28,561 bases of DNA. Origin: a virus (Duplodnaviria > Caudoviricetes). The stretch spans positions 1-28,561 of the IMG/VR virus record IMGVR_UViG_3300045747_000855. One strand, written 5' to 3'. The position numbers and the translations under genes were made by a program. Of the stretch, positions 18,006 through 26,435 are shown in pieces (position 1 is the stretch's first letter; each line of letters starts with the position of its first letter). Below the pieces are notes generated by a model. That model was not told the DNA's origin. It saw nothing but the letters and a program-made list of their open reading frames with translations, and ran no database searches.

Positions 18006-18275
18006 TCAGTTGCAGCAGTTCATTTGGTAAGCCAGCTCAGCAGCCGCGCGGGCGGCGGTGATCTGGTCGCGCATGCTCACGTTGAGCATGGTCAGCAGAA
18101 AGCCCAGCGCGGGGCGGTCGACGTGGGCGAGGTCTTCATTGCAATTGGCCTTTTGCGGGCTGATCAATTGCTCTATGGCCTCAAAGGCGAGGAAGTGCGC
18201 GGACAGGTGGTCGATTGCGTCGACCACATCAGTGACGGCAATAGCCGGGGACGTGGGGGTACGGGTGTGTGCCAT
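18006..18275 (-). CDS. 89-aa helical protein, first gene controlled by the C4 RNA (icd-equivalent position)
   Basis: ATG at 18275 with perfect AGGAGG (18282-18287), directly after the b2 site. Confidence 0.8.
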   Translation of the reverse strand: MAHTRTPTSPAIAVTDVVDAIDHLSAHFLAFEAIEQLISPQKANCNEDLAHVDRPALGFLLTMLNVSMRDQITAARAAAELAYQMNCCN

Positions 18276-18287
18276 GAATGGCCTCCT

Positions 18288-18331
18288 TGCGGTGTGGTTT
18301 GAAGAAACCACCGCACCCATCGCCAAATGGG
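18288..18331 (-). promoter_or_regulatory. C4 target site a2b2
   Basis: a2 TTGGCG (18321-18326) in the loop of a CCCAT/ATGGG hairpin; b2 ACACCGC(A) (18288-18295) abutting the SD. Confidence 0.85.
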
Positions 18332-18332
18332 G

Positions 18333-18413
18333 GCGGTGACTCGACGGGTTGGCGAACCGGACACCGCTTGCGCGAACCGGCAGGCCCTTGCGGGCCTCCC
18401 ATCGAGCCACCAT
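18333..18413 (-). ncRNA. c4: C4 antisense RNA (P1/P7 c4-like)
   Basis: Closing stem GGUGGCUCGAUGGG/CCCGUCGAGUCACC; AGGCCC-GCAA-GGGCCU GNRA hairpin; CCGG...CCGG stem whose loop carries b' AGCGGUGU; bulged a' CGCCAA. Both boxes are complementary to the flanking a/b sites. Confidence 0.9.
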
Positions 18414-18423
18414 AAAAGGAGGC

Positions 18424-18465
18424 ACAAACGAAGAAGCCGCAGGGTCTGCTGAGAAACTGCGGCTT
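18424..18465 (-). terminator. Terminator-like hairpin between a1b1 and C4
   Basis: AAGCCGCAG-N14-CTGCGGCTT followed by the pyrimidine-rich CTTCGTTTGT on the - strand. Confidence 0.65.
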
Positions 18466-18472
18466 GCGTCGC

Positions 18473-18497
18473 AGCGGTGTAAAAGGTCGCCAAACCT
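18473..18497 (-). promoter_or_regulatory. C4 target site a1b1
   Basis: a1 TTGGCG (18488-18493) in an AGGT/ACCT hairpin loop; b1 ACACCGCT (18473-18480). Confidence 0.85.
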
Positions 18498-18525
18498 GGC
18501 TGCACCGTTACGTGCAGTTGGGCGG

Positions 18526-18534
18526 ACTTTACCA
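18526..18534 (-). promoter_or_regulatory. Putative extended -10 promoter of the C4 cassette
   Basis: TGgTAAAGT just upstream of a1b1; no well-spaced -35. Confidence 0.4.
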
Positions 18535-18554
18535 GAAACCATAGCGGCCATCGC

Positions 18555-19172
18555 TCAAGCCCCCGCCACGTCCAGAACGATAGGCACATACTCCAGCGTC
18601 AGCGCATTGCGCTTGTAAAAGCGAATGTAAGGCTTGGTGCTGGCGGTTTGCATGCTGTCGGCAATGGCTTGCATGGCGCTGAGCCACTTGTCGTCTTTGA
18701 TGTCCAGGCGGCGCAGGCCCAGCACGCGGGCGGTGTTGATCTTGCCTTCTTTGTCGGCCTGAAAGGCGTGGTTCACCAGCACCTTGATGTTGTCGCTAGC
18801 CCCAGCGGCCCACAGGTGCACGCATTCGTCAATCAGCGCTTTGGCGGCCATGAGCTGCTCGCCAAACACAATCTTGTCTTGCATCTGGCGCACCAGCTTG
18901 TAGCGGCCGTCAAAGCTGACCAGCGTGATGTTGCCCTTTTCGCCGCCGGTGCGCACACCGTATTGGTCCAGGCTTAGGGCACAAAAGCTGGCCACTTCCA
19001 TCATGGCGTCCGTTTTGAATTTGCCCAGCGCAGCCGCTTGCACTTCGGCCATGCGGCACAGGTCAGTCACCACCTGGTGGCGCAGTTGGTCAATGGGCTT
19101 GACCTTGCTCTCAGGAATCAGGTTGTCATGGGCATCAAGCCAGTAGCCGGGGGGGATGGTTGGGGTTGTCAT
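18555..19172 (-). CDS. DUF3164 family Mu-like phage protein (205 aa)
   Basis: IPPGYW.DA...LIPE..VKPID.LR, GGEKGNITL.SFDG.YK, AKALIDEC and STKPYIRFY motifs; GGAG RBS. Confidence 0.92.
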   Translation of the reverse strand: MTTPTIPPGYWLDAHDNLIPESKVKPIDQLRHQVVTDLCRMAEVQAAALGKFKTDAMMEVASFCALSLDQYGVRTGGEKGNITLVSFDGRYKLVRQMQDKIVFGEQLMAAKALIDECVHLWAAGASDNIKVLVNHAFQADKEGKINTARVLGLRRLDIKDDKWLSAMQAIADSMQTASTKPYIRFYKRNALTLEYVPIVLDVAGA

Positions 19173-19208
19173 GTGAAGTTTCTCCAGGGGTAAGACAGTT
19201 TCAAAAAA

Positions 19209-19721
19209 TCAGCAGCGAAAGCCACGGCTGGCATAACGCTGGTAGTCCAGCGCGCCTGGGCGCATGGCTGGGTTGGGTGGGGGCACATAGATCGGCGCGG
19301 TCATGGTGTTGTGCTGGCGCGGGGGCACCACTGGGCCGGGATAGGCATCAGCCAGGCTGGCATCTACCACCGTGGCAGTGGGCGCAGTGGGCAAGTAACT
19401 GTCAGCCGGGGCTATACGCCGCGCGGCGGTGTAGCGATCGGGTGCGGCAGTTTCTTTGGCCCCTAGCGGGCGCTTACCTGCCATGGGGCCGAGCCAAAAG
19501 CGCCGAGCCCGGCCACGGCCGTTGCACTGCAGCTGCTCGTGGTAGAGCATGTAGCTGAGCTTTTTGGCAAACTTGTTGTGCGCCTCTTCGGGTTTGATGG
19601 TGAGGTTGGCAAACTGGTCAAACAGCATGGCGTAGCTACAGTCGCCATAGAGCTTGATCAGGTTGAGCAGGGCCAAGTTGACATCGCTCTGGCCAGCGTG
19701 GGTTTTCTCAAGTTGGGTCAA
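19209..19721 (-). CDS. Hypothetical early/middle protein (170 aa)
   Basis: TTG start overlapping the upstream stop; winged-helix-like N-terminus; C-terminal RPGALDY..ASRG motif. Confidence 0.7.
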   Translation of the reverse strand: MTQLEKTHAGQSDVNLALLNLIKLYGDCSYAMLFDQFANLTIKPEEAHNKFAKKLSYMLYHEQLQCNGRGRARRFWLGPMAGKRPLGAKETAAPDRYTAARRIAPADSYLPTAPTATVVDASLADAYPGPVVPPRQHNTMTAPIYVPPPNPAMRPGALDYQRYASRGFRC

Positions 19722-20251
19722 GATTTAACTCCAAGGTTTTTAAGGCGGGCAATCTGGGCGCGAATGTTGGCTGGCATGGGGGCGGCATTGGCTGCACCCT
19801 GGCCCGCTATGAGCTGTGCCAGGGGTTGGCGTTTGGCTGCCTCGTCCCGCACCTCTTGCACCGCTTCTTCCCTGTCAGCCAGGCTGACCAAAATGGCGTA
19901 CAGGTAGCCGTGGCCTTTCATGGGCAGGTCTAGCTTGCCCGCGTCACGCAGGGCTAGCATTTGGTCAAGCGCCTGCGCCCAGGCCGCCATCGGCACCGCC
20001 CAGTCGCGGCCCCGGTGGTTGATGCCCCCGCGCTTGAGGTCGGGCAGCAGCTGCATGAGCAGGCGCACTTGTTTACGCTGCGTGAGGCTGGTTTTGGCCG
20101 GGGCGAACAGGCGGGTGTATTGCAGCAGGCGCGCGCCTATGGGCAGGGCTACTTCAAGCAGCTGCGCCACCGCTGCACGGTTGTCGGCATCAATCACCAA
20201 GTGCTCAAGCGTGAGCTCGGTGGCGCATACGGGGCAAACCAGTTGGCTCAT
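19718..20251 (-). CDS. Conserved Mu-like hypothetical protein with an N-terminal CPVC (177 aa)
   Basis: Start MSQLVCPVC at 20251 (ATGA overlap); Y.RLF.P.K..L and LDLPMKGHGYL motifs. Confidence 0.8.
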   Translation of the reverse strand: MSQLVCPVCATELTLEHLVIDADNRAAVAQLLEVALPIGARLLQYTRLFAPAKTSLTQRKQVRLLMQLLPDLKRGGINHRGRDWAVPMAAWAQALDQMLALRDAGKLDLPMKGHGYLYAILVSLADREEAVQEVRDEAAKRQPLAQLIAGQGAANAAPMPANIRAQIARLKNLGVKS

Positions 20252-20604
20252 GCGTTCACCCATTTCAGAATAGCGGGCATGTAGCCCACCAGCAAACCAC
20301 CCAAAAAGGCAAACAGCAGCACCATGGCAAACACGCCCATCAGCTCGTGCCACCACACCGGTAACCAAGGCTCACCATAGTCATCAAATTGCAATGCGCT
20401 TTGGTGGGCGTGCGGGCCTTCAATGGTGCCAGGGGCAAAGGGGTAAGTGGGCGTGGGCAAAAGGTCGCCACGGCGGCGCTTGGGGCTGGGTGCGGCCAAG
20501 CCCGGCGCGGGGGAGCAAGCCACCTCGCACTCAAAGCTGTCGCAGTGGGGGCACTGCTGGGCACTGAGGCCTTGGCACACGCCGAGTTCGTCACAGGTTT
20601 TCAT
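20248..20604 (-). CDS. Cys-rich protein with a C-terminal transmembrane helix (118 aa)
   Basis: ATGA overlaps at both ends; six Cys in the first 30 aa; hydrophobic LMGVFAMVLLFAFLGGLLVGYM. Confidence 0.7.
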   Translation of the reverse strand: MKTCDELGVCQGLSAQQCPHCDSFECEVACSPAPGLAAPSPKRRRGDLLPTPTYPFAPGTIEGPHAHQSALQFDDYGEPWLPVWWHELMGVFAMVLLFAFLGGLLVGYMPAILKWVNA

Positions 20605-20789
20605 GCGGCCTCCTTGATCAGGCTGCCTTCTGAACGGACATAGTCGGGGTACTGCTTGGCAAGGGTCTGCATTTGGTCGAACAGGTCTTCTGCGCTACTG
20701 GCTGATACCAGGCGCAGCAGCACGGTGCCATCAGACAGCGTGATACGCACTGAGAATGTCTTCATCAAAGTTTTCAAAAAGATAGGCAT
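20601..20789 (-). CDS. Small hypothetical protein (62 aa; start may be Met9)
   Basis: Fills the gap after the ATPase gene; its end carries the AAGGAGG RBS of the next gene. Confidence 0.6.
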   Translation of the reverse strand: MPIFLKTLMKTFSVRITLSDGTVLLRLVSASSAEDLFDQMQTLAKQYPDYVRSEGSLIKEAA

Positions 20790-20801
20790 GGCTTAGACCC
20801 T

Positions 20802-22091
20802 TTACACAGCCAGCACAATGTCGCGGTCAACGCGTGGGGCTCCAAAGCCTGCAGCGGTGTTGAGTGCGGCCACCATCCAGTTGTTGACGTTCAGTGGGTA
20901 CAGCAGGCTGACCTGTTTGCTGTTGGCCCCGGCGTTGATGGTCAGGCGTTTGGCCAGCTCTGCCACGCCGTCGGGGGTAATGAACTCGTCCAATTTGCGG
21001 CCGACGCTGGCGGCGCGGAACGTCAGGTAGGCCAACAAGTCATCGCCCAGCGGGCACAGGCGGGCTACCTCACAACGCTGCATCACCTCACGCACGTCAA
21101 AGCGATTGAGCTTGCCCTCCAGCTCCGGGTGCCCCAGCAGCAAGATGCCCAGCATGGGGCGCCGTCCCAGGCGCATGCGCTCGTGCAGGCGCTTGAGGTG
21201 CTTGAGGGTGGGAATGGGCAGGGAGTGCGCCTCTTCAATCACCAGCAGGTGCGAGTGCCCAGCGGTGGTGCTTTCCTCCAGCATGCGCTTGACCTGGCGG
21301 GCGCGCTTTTCATCGGACTGGGCCACGCCCTCAGACGGGTTCAGTGTCATCACAATGGCGGTCTGAATGCCTGCGCTTTTGATGCTTTTTCCTTTGGTGT
21401 CGCTGTCTTCCATGCCCAGCACACTGGGTTCGATGAACACCAGGGGCTTGTGCTCTTTCAGAATCTGCTCTTTCAAGTCTTCGAGCATGGTGGTTTTGCC
21501 TGCGCCGCTTTCGCCAACAATGGCCACAAAGCGCCCGCCAATGGCGGCTTGCCAGGCGGACTCGCGCACAAAGCGGATCTCGCCATTGACAAACATGTCT
21601 TCATCGCGGGTGACTTCTCCGTCGAAGGGGTTGGCAAATGGCAGGGCAAAGCGCTTGCGGGCCTCGGCGCTTAGGGTTTGTTTGGGTAGTAACATCGGTT
21701 CTTCCTTTTCAGTTTCAATTTGGGTTGGGGTTGAGGGAACGGCCTCAGGGGTTGTCGAGACCTTTGAGGCCAACTTTTTGGCGGAACGGGAAATCGGGGC
21801 CGTGGCGGGCACTGGGTAAGGCGTTTGATACGAAGTCACCTTCAAGCCCGTTGGCGCGCTGCTAGGGGGTTTAAAACAGTTATTAACGCTATCGCCGGGC
21901 GATTTGGTCCCGAAGGTTTTCTGCCAGACAGTAAAACAAGCCGAATTCAGCGGCAACCGACCCGAACGCAACTGGCGCACGGTGCTTGCCCCCAAACCCA
22001 CTTTTTCGGAAATCTGCACACTGGTCAGGTTTTTGGCTGTGTGTTTGAAGACAACACGCACCATGGCCGGAGTAACTTTGGTTGGCCTCAT
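20802..22091 (-). CDS. Transposition ATPase (MuB-equivalent, ExeA-like AAA) with an N-terminal HTH (429 aa)
   Basis: Walker A GESGAGKT, Walker B LLVIEEAH, ILLLGHPEL, REVMQRC; ATGA-coupled to the transposase. Confidence 0.93.
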   Translation of the reverse strand: MRPTKVTPAMVRVVFKHTAKNLTSVQISEKVGLGASTVRQLRSGRLPLNSACFTVWQKTFGTKSPGDSVNNCFKPPSSAPTGLKVTSYQTPYPVPATAPISRSAKKLASKVSTTPEAVPSTPTQIETEKEEPMLLPKQTLSAEARKRFALPFANPFDGEVTRDEDMFVNGEIRFVRESAWQAAIGGRFVAIVGESGAGKTTMLEDLKEQILKEHKPLVFIEPSVLGMEDSDTKGKSIKSAGIQTAIVMTLNPSEGVAQSDEKRARQVKRMLEESTTAGHSHLLVIEEAHSLPIPTLKHLKRLHERMRLGRRPMLGILLLGHPELEGKLNRFDVREVMQRCEVARLCPLGDDLLAYLTFRAASVGRKLDEFITPDGVAELAKRLTINAGANSKQVSLLYPLNVNNWMVAALNTAAGFGAPRVDRDIVLAV

Positions 22092-23884
22092 ACCCCACCC
22101 CCCACAGACCGCAAGCCCACCTGCGGCGCATCTGCCCCCGCCTGGCGGTGCTGGGCAATCAGTGCTTGCACTGCCTCGGCGGGCACGCCCGCACTGCCAT
22201 ATGACTGGGTCAACCAGGCATAGGTGCCAGCGTCATAAGCCTCCTTCAATTCCAGCTTGAGGCGTTTGCAAGCCTCAGCCACACTCAGGCGGGCGGCTTC
22301 AACAGTGGGCGCAGCCGCCGCGTGCGCTACCCCCTTGCGGGGCAAGTAGGTAGGCACCTGCGCGGCCTTCAAATCGGCCAACGGGTCAAACTGACCCAAG
22401 TAGGGGGCTTGCTTGTTGCGCCGGGCCTTGTCGGCTTGTTCCACCGTGGCCGGGCCGTCTGGCGTGGCATAGGCCTGTGCCGCAATCTTTTTGCGCCACA
22501 CGTCGGCCGTTGTCTCGGGCATGGCGTGGTAGCCCTGGCCCATCACCGGGGCGGCCACGTCATAGCCCAAACGGTTGCGCTGCACGGGCTCCACCTGGTG
22601 CCAGACAATCTCACCCGTGTCACGGTCCACAGCCCCCACGCGCACGGCGGGGTAGGCCAGCGGGTTGACTGTCACATAAACCTGCGAGCGCGGCGAGATG
22701 CCTGGCACGTAACGCACGTCATAGTCGTGGCTGCCCAGGCCTTTGAAGGCAAAGCTGACCAGCATGTCATCACTCACCTGGCGGGTTTTGGCCATGGTAG
22801 CGGGCAGGGCTTGCATGATGTCCATAGGCGGCGCGATGCGAAGTTGCTCAGTAGTGATCAGACCCCAGGCGGCGTAGCGCGGCATGCCGTGGCGGCGCAT
22901 GACCCGCGCGCTGTTGAAGGCGTGCATCCACAGCTCGGCCATGTCATTCAGGCTGGCCATGGTGATGGTTTGGGGGTCCATAAAGCGCAGGCGGCTTTCA
23001 AGCCCACGCTCTGTCAAGTTTTGCCCGTTCTCTACATGGCCGGTGGCGCGGCTGTTGCGCGGGGCGTGGCGGGTTTGTTTGATGTCCATGGCTGTGCAAA
23101 AGTTGGCAAATGCGGCGCTTTTGAAACAACTGCCCTGGTCGGTGTACAGCGCATAGGGCACGCCGTGCAAGGGCATGGGTTGGCCGTCCGGGCTGGTGCG
23201 CTGGGTCATCATCCACATCAAAAAGTTAAGCGCGTTCTCAGTGGTCTCGCCGCCGGTATAAAACCGGGTGGCTATGCAGCCGCTGGCCGGGTCGGTGCCA
23301 ACAAAGCGGGTGAGCAGCTCGTTCATCACCTTGGTGTAGTTGCCGAGCTTGTTTTTGTAGTGCACGCCGTCTTCTTCAAGCAGCAGCATTTCACCCTGCG
23401 GGGTGTAATACAGCACGCACACACTGGCATCTATTTGCCACACGGCGTTGGGGTGCTCTACCCGCATGCGCACCGCCGGGGCCGGGGCAGCCAGCTGGGT
23501 GGGGTGCATGCCGCGCTGGTGCATGATGGCGTGGATGCGCCCGGGGCTTAGCGTGGCGCTGAGCTGGCCGCTGGCGTGCAGCATGTCAATGGCATCCCCG
23601 GCGCTCAGCATCCACTTGCCCGCCCTCTGGGCAACGCGCATGGCGCCGCTGATTTTGACCAGGTCGTCTTCGGTCACGGCAGTTTCACCCGCATCACAGC
23701 GGCGCTTGCGCGGCTTGGCTAGGCCCAGCAGGCCATTGGCCTGGCGCACCAGGGTGTGGGTGCGTGGCACTGAGAGGCCTGCCAAGCGGGCGGCGCGCTC
23801 AATGATCTGGCCTTTTTGGCCGTGCTCTGACACGCTGAGCTCGCGGGCGGCGGCGTGAATGATTTCCATGCGGATGGGGTCCAT
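22088..23884 (-). CDS. Mu-like DDE transposase A (598 aa)
   Basis: RKRRCDAG, HPNAVWQIDAS (D), LYTDQGS (D), N.RATGHVE (E); paired with the ATPase. Confidence 0.95.
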   Translation of the reverse strand: MDPIRMEIIHAAARELSVSEHGQKGQIIERAARLAGLSVPRTHTLVRQANGLLGLAKPRKRRCDAGETAVTEDDLVKISGAMRVAQRAGKWMLSAGDAIDMLHASGQLSATLSPGRIHAIMHQRGMHPTQLAAPAPAVRMRVEHPNAVWQIDASVCVLYYTPQGEMLLLEEDGVHYKNKLGNYTKVMNELLTRFVGTDPASGCIATRFYTGGETTENALNFLMWMMTQRTSPDGQPMPLHGVPYALYTDQGSCFKSAAFANFCTAMDIKQTRHAPRNSRATGHVENGQNLTERGLESRLRFMDPQTITMASLNDMAELWMHAFNSARVMRRHGMPRYAAWGLITTEQLRIAPPMDIMQALPATMAKTRQVSDDMLVSFAFKGLGSHDYDVRYVPGISPRSQVYVTVNPLAYPAVRVGAVDRDTGEIVWHQVEPVQRNRLGYDVAAPVMGQGYHAMPETTADVWRKKIAAQAYATPDGPATVEQADKARRNKQAPYLGQFDPLADLKAAQVPTYLPRKGVAHAAAAPTVEAARLSVAEACKRLKLELKEAYDAGTYAWLTQSYGSAGVPAEAVQALIAQHRQAGADAPQVGLRSVGGGV

Positions 23885-23895
23885 GGCGGGTGGCC

Positions 23896-24933
23896 TTACA
23901 CCGTTTTGAGTTTGGCTTTGCCGCTGGCTTTTGCCTCGGCTTTGGCCGCATCTTTGGCCGCTGCCTCATCGCGCTTGGCCTGCATGGCAGCCAGCATGTC
24001 CGGGCTCATCCAGGGCGGGTTGACCAGTTCCTCAAAGTTGACCTTGATGCCAAATTCAACCGATATGGCAGCCAGCTCTTGGCACAGGTATTCAACTGAA
24101 TGGCGGGCCAGGTCTTTGACACCGTCGCCCACCGGGGCTTCAAAGGTGGTGTCGGCGGCCAGAAACAGGCGGCGCATGATCTCGCCACACTCCAAGGTGA
24201 TGGCGTTGATTTCTTCGAGCAGGGTTTCTTCCTGTTGGGTTTTGGCAATGCTGCCGGGGCTGGGCTCAAACTCTTCGCCGAGCTGCTGGTGCAGGTTGGC
24301 AATAGTGGCGCTGCTGGCATCCAGGGCGCGCTGCTTGGCGGCCAACTGCGCTTCAGACTCCACCATGGCGGCGGCATGGGCTTTGGCGGTGGAAACCTTT
24401 TCTTGGGCATGCCTGGCGCAAAGTTCTTGCAATAAGTCGAGAACCTCATCACGACTTTGTGTGCCAACAGCGCGACGAATCAGCTCCTGTTCGGGGGCCG
24501 GTAATGCCTTGATAGCGTTGTAATCTACCTGGCGCAGGCCCATTTTTTCAGCCTGCTCGAATGCCTCTTGACCAATAACATTACGATTGCTAGCCAATGC
24601 TTGCAGACGGTTGTACGACTTGCCCAGCTTCGCCCGACAAAATTCGTCCAAACTTTCAAATTTCCCACCTGTGGGATTATTTGGATTCTTAAAAATCTTC
24701 CAAGCCTTTGATTTCTTTACATTTTCATAAGAAGCAAGGCACGCGGTTTCTCCCATGGTGGTAAAAAATATGCTGGCATGGAGCTGGCCTAGGTCGATGC
24801 CAGCAGCCAGAACAGCCTCCATTTGGTCATGCGAAAGTGCCGAGTCCTGCAATTGCATGAGTTCAGCCGATTTAGCAGGCAAAACTTCAAGTAGTTCAGA
24901 GGGTTCTTGAGGGGTTTCTTTTGGGCGTGGCAT
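23896..24933 (-). CDS. DUF3102-like protein of BcepMu/B3-like early regions (345 aa)
   Basis: Directly upstream of the transposase; SLDEFCR..LG.SY, GQEAFEQA..MGL...Y motifs; coiled-coil C-terminal half. Confidence 0.7.
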   Translation of the reverse strand: MPRPKETPQEPSELLEVLPAKSAELMQLQDSALSHDQMEAVLAAGIDLGQLHASIFFTTMGETACLASYENVKKSKAWKIFKNPNNPTGGKFESLDEFCRAKLGKSYNRLQALASNRNVIGQEAFEQAEKMGLRQVDYNAIKALPAPEQELIRRAVGTQSRDEVLDLLQELCARHAQEKVSTAKAHAAAMVESEAQLAAKQRALDASSATIANLHQQLGEEFEPSPGSIAKTQQEETLLEEINAITLECGEIMRRLFLAADTTFEAPVGDGVKDLARHSVEYLCQELAAISVEFGIKVNFEELVNPPWMSPDMLAAMQAKRDEAAAKDAAKAEAKASGKAKLKTV

Positions 24934-24960
24934 AGTGATTTTTGGTTAAAGTGAAATGGG

Positions 24961-25263
24961 TTAGCGTCCGGTCATGGCTCGTTTGGCATCTTTGGCGTGG
25001 GCTTCTGCCCTCTCAAAGTCGGTCAGCACTCTGAATGCCAAGGTGGTGAATTCGGGTGTTGGGTAAAAGCGACCGTTGTCACTTTTTCGCGCCCAGCCCT
25101 TTGATATCAAAATGGCTATGGTTCGGGTTACATTGGAAGCAGAGGTATCCAACGCAGTAGCAAGGTCGATGTTTTTGGCTCCGCTGGTGGCATAACCACA
25201 CAGCACCTCCAGAAGATTTAGCACCAGCATGGCACCCTTGTTGTCGTCCAGATTGGTTTTCAT
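24961..25263 (-). CDS. IclR-like winged-HTH protein (100 aa)
   Basis: Start MKTNLD at 25263 (ATGA overlap); LEVL...NIDLATALDTSASNVTRTIAILISKGWARK..NGRF. Confidence 0.85.
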   Translation of the reverse strand: MKTNLDDNKGAMLVLNLLEVLCGYATSGAKNIDLATALDTSASNVTRTIAILISKGWARKSDNGRFYPTPEFTTLAFRVLTDFERAEAHAKDAKRAMTGR

Positions 25264-25676
25264 TGCAGCACCCCAGCTGGAAAATCTCGCTGGGTGTAGC
25301 TTCTGTAGACGGCTTTCCCCTCCTCCACACCAGCCCACCAGGCATCAGCGTGTGCGCTACCGATCTCAAATGGATTTTTTTTCAGTGACGTAGCGAGTAG
25401 CCTGCATCTCAACAACGCATGCACCCCATCACGGTAAGCCTCACTTCTGGGGTCACGATGCCCTTCAAAAATGACTTCCATGAATCTCTGCAGAAGGGAA
25501 ATTTCAGATGGCCATAACTTCGCGCATACAGCATCTACCTCATCCTGGATGTTTCTGAGACGACGTTCTATAGCAGCTGCATCGTCATGGGTGCATTTGG
25601 CGGGCCTTGGGGCGGCACCTTTGATGCCGTGCTCAATCTGCGCCGCCTCTGTTGGGGTGATGCGGGGGGATTTCAT
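25260..25676 (-). CDS. Hypothetical early protein (138 aa)
   Basis: ATGA overlaps; RDPRSEAYRDG...NPF.IGSA.ADAWWAGVEEG motif. Confidence 0.75.
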   Translation of the reverse strand: MKSPRITPTEAAQIEHGIKGAAPRPAKCTHDDAAAIERRLRNIQDEVDAVCAKLWPSEISLLQRFMEVIFEGHRDPRSEAYRDGVHALLRCRLLATSLKKNPFEIGSAHADAWWAGVEEGKAVYRSYTQRDFPAGVLQ

Positions 25677-26020
25677 GCTGCATCCCCCGCCGCACGTTCG
25701 GCCTCGTCATCGTTAAGGGCTTCGATCAGCACGGCCTCTACATTTAGTGGGTAGTCCATGAAGTCGGCCAGTTGCTGCAACATGCTGGCCATGGCCGTAC
25801 TCTCGGCAATCTGCTCCGAACAGTTTCTGTCTTCAACGCGCTCCAACAGCTCAATGCGCTCAATCAGGCGGTTAATCTGTTGGACTACGCTGGCAAGCGT
25901 GACGGCCATCTTGGCGTGACTGGTCATGGTCTGCGTTTGACGCATCAGGGTAACCGTATCAACCCGCTGAATGCGGCGCATCAGGCCGTCCATGGTGGTG
26001 TAACCGGGGAGTGTTTTCAT
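25673..26020 (-). CDS. Hypothetical coiled-coil protein (~115 aa)
   Basis: Likely start MKTLPG at 26020 with GAAGG RBS; its stop overlaps the next start. Confidence 0.7.
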   Translation of the reverse strand: MKTLPGYTTMDGLMRRIQRVDTVTLMRQTQTMTSHAKMAVTLASVVQQINRLIERIELLERVEDRNCSEQIAESTAMASMLQQLADFMDYPLNVEAVLIEALNDDEAERAAGDAA

Positions 26021-26030
26021 GGTGTGGCCT

Positions 26031-26435
26031 TCAGTGCAAGGGGTTGATGTCATCGGCGTTGAGGCGAACGATGCAGCCGTCAAGCTCGCCAGCGGCCTGC
26101 ATCTGGTCGATCTGCGCGCGCACCTCATCCACCGTAGCGCCCACGTACTGCGCTACATCGGCCTCGGTGTAAATGGGCCTGCCCTGCCCATCGGCATGCT
26201 TTGCAACAGGAAACGTGGACTGAACCCGGGCCAGGTGCCCAGCGGTCAGGCCACACAGCACGGCCAGGTTTTCAGGGGTCATGCTGCGCTGCTCGGCGTG
26301 GATGATGTCGAGCAGCAGGTGCACGATGGTCTGGTCATCGGGCATGCCGGGAAATGTTTTGGTCAGGACGGTCAACTGGTGCAACCATTGCGCTTTGCTT
26401 TGCAGGGGTATGGCTCGGCGTTGTTGGCGGTTCAT
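26031..26435 (-). CDS. Hypothetical early protein, possible C-terminal HTH (134 aa)
   Basis: ATGA overlap with rha; MNRQQRR start; YTEADVAQYVGATVDEV. Confidence 0.75.
   Translation of the reverse strand: MNRQQRRAIPLQSKAQWLHQLTVLTKTFPGMPDDQTIVHLLLDIIHAEQRSMTPENLAVLCGLTAGHLARVQSTFPVAKHADGQGRPIYTEADVAQYVGATVDEVRAQIDQMQAAGELDGCIVRLNADDINPLH

Noticed and set aside
18006-18551. 181-aa ORF with an Ash/Icd-like motif (MVARWEARKGLPV...FANP) as the real gene
   Set aside because: The motif is the translation of the C4 RNA, and the strong SD sits before ATG 18275. A read-through isoform cannot be excluded but is unsupported.
22322-23551. 409-aa + strand ORF and other long + strand ORFs (9582-10436, 14123-14974, 23855-24523)
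   Set aside because: Antisense shadows of well-supported - strand genes in GC-rich DNA, with no recognisable motifs.
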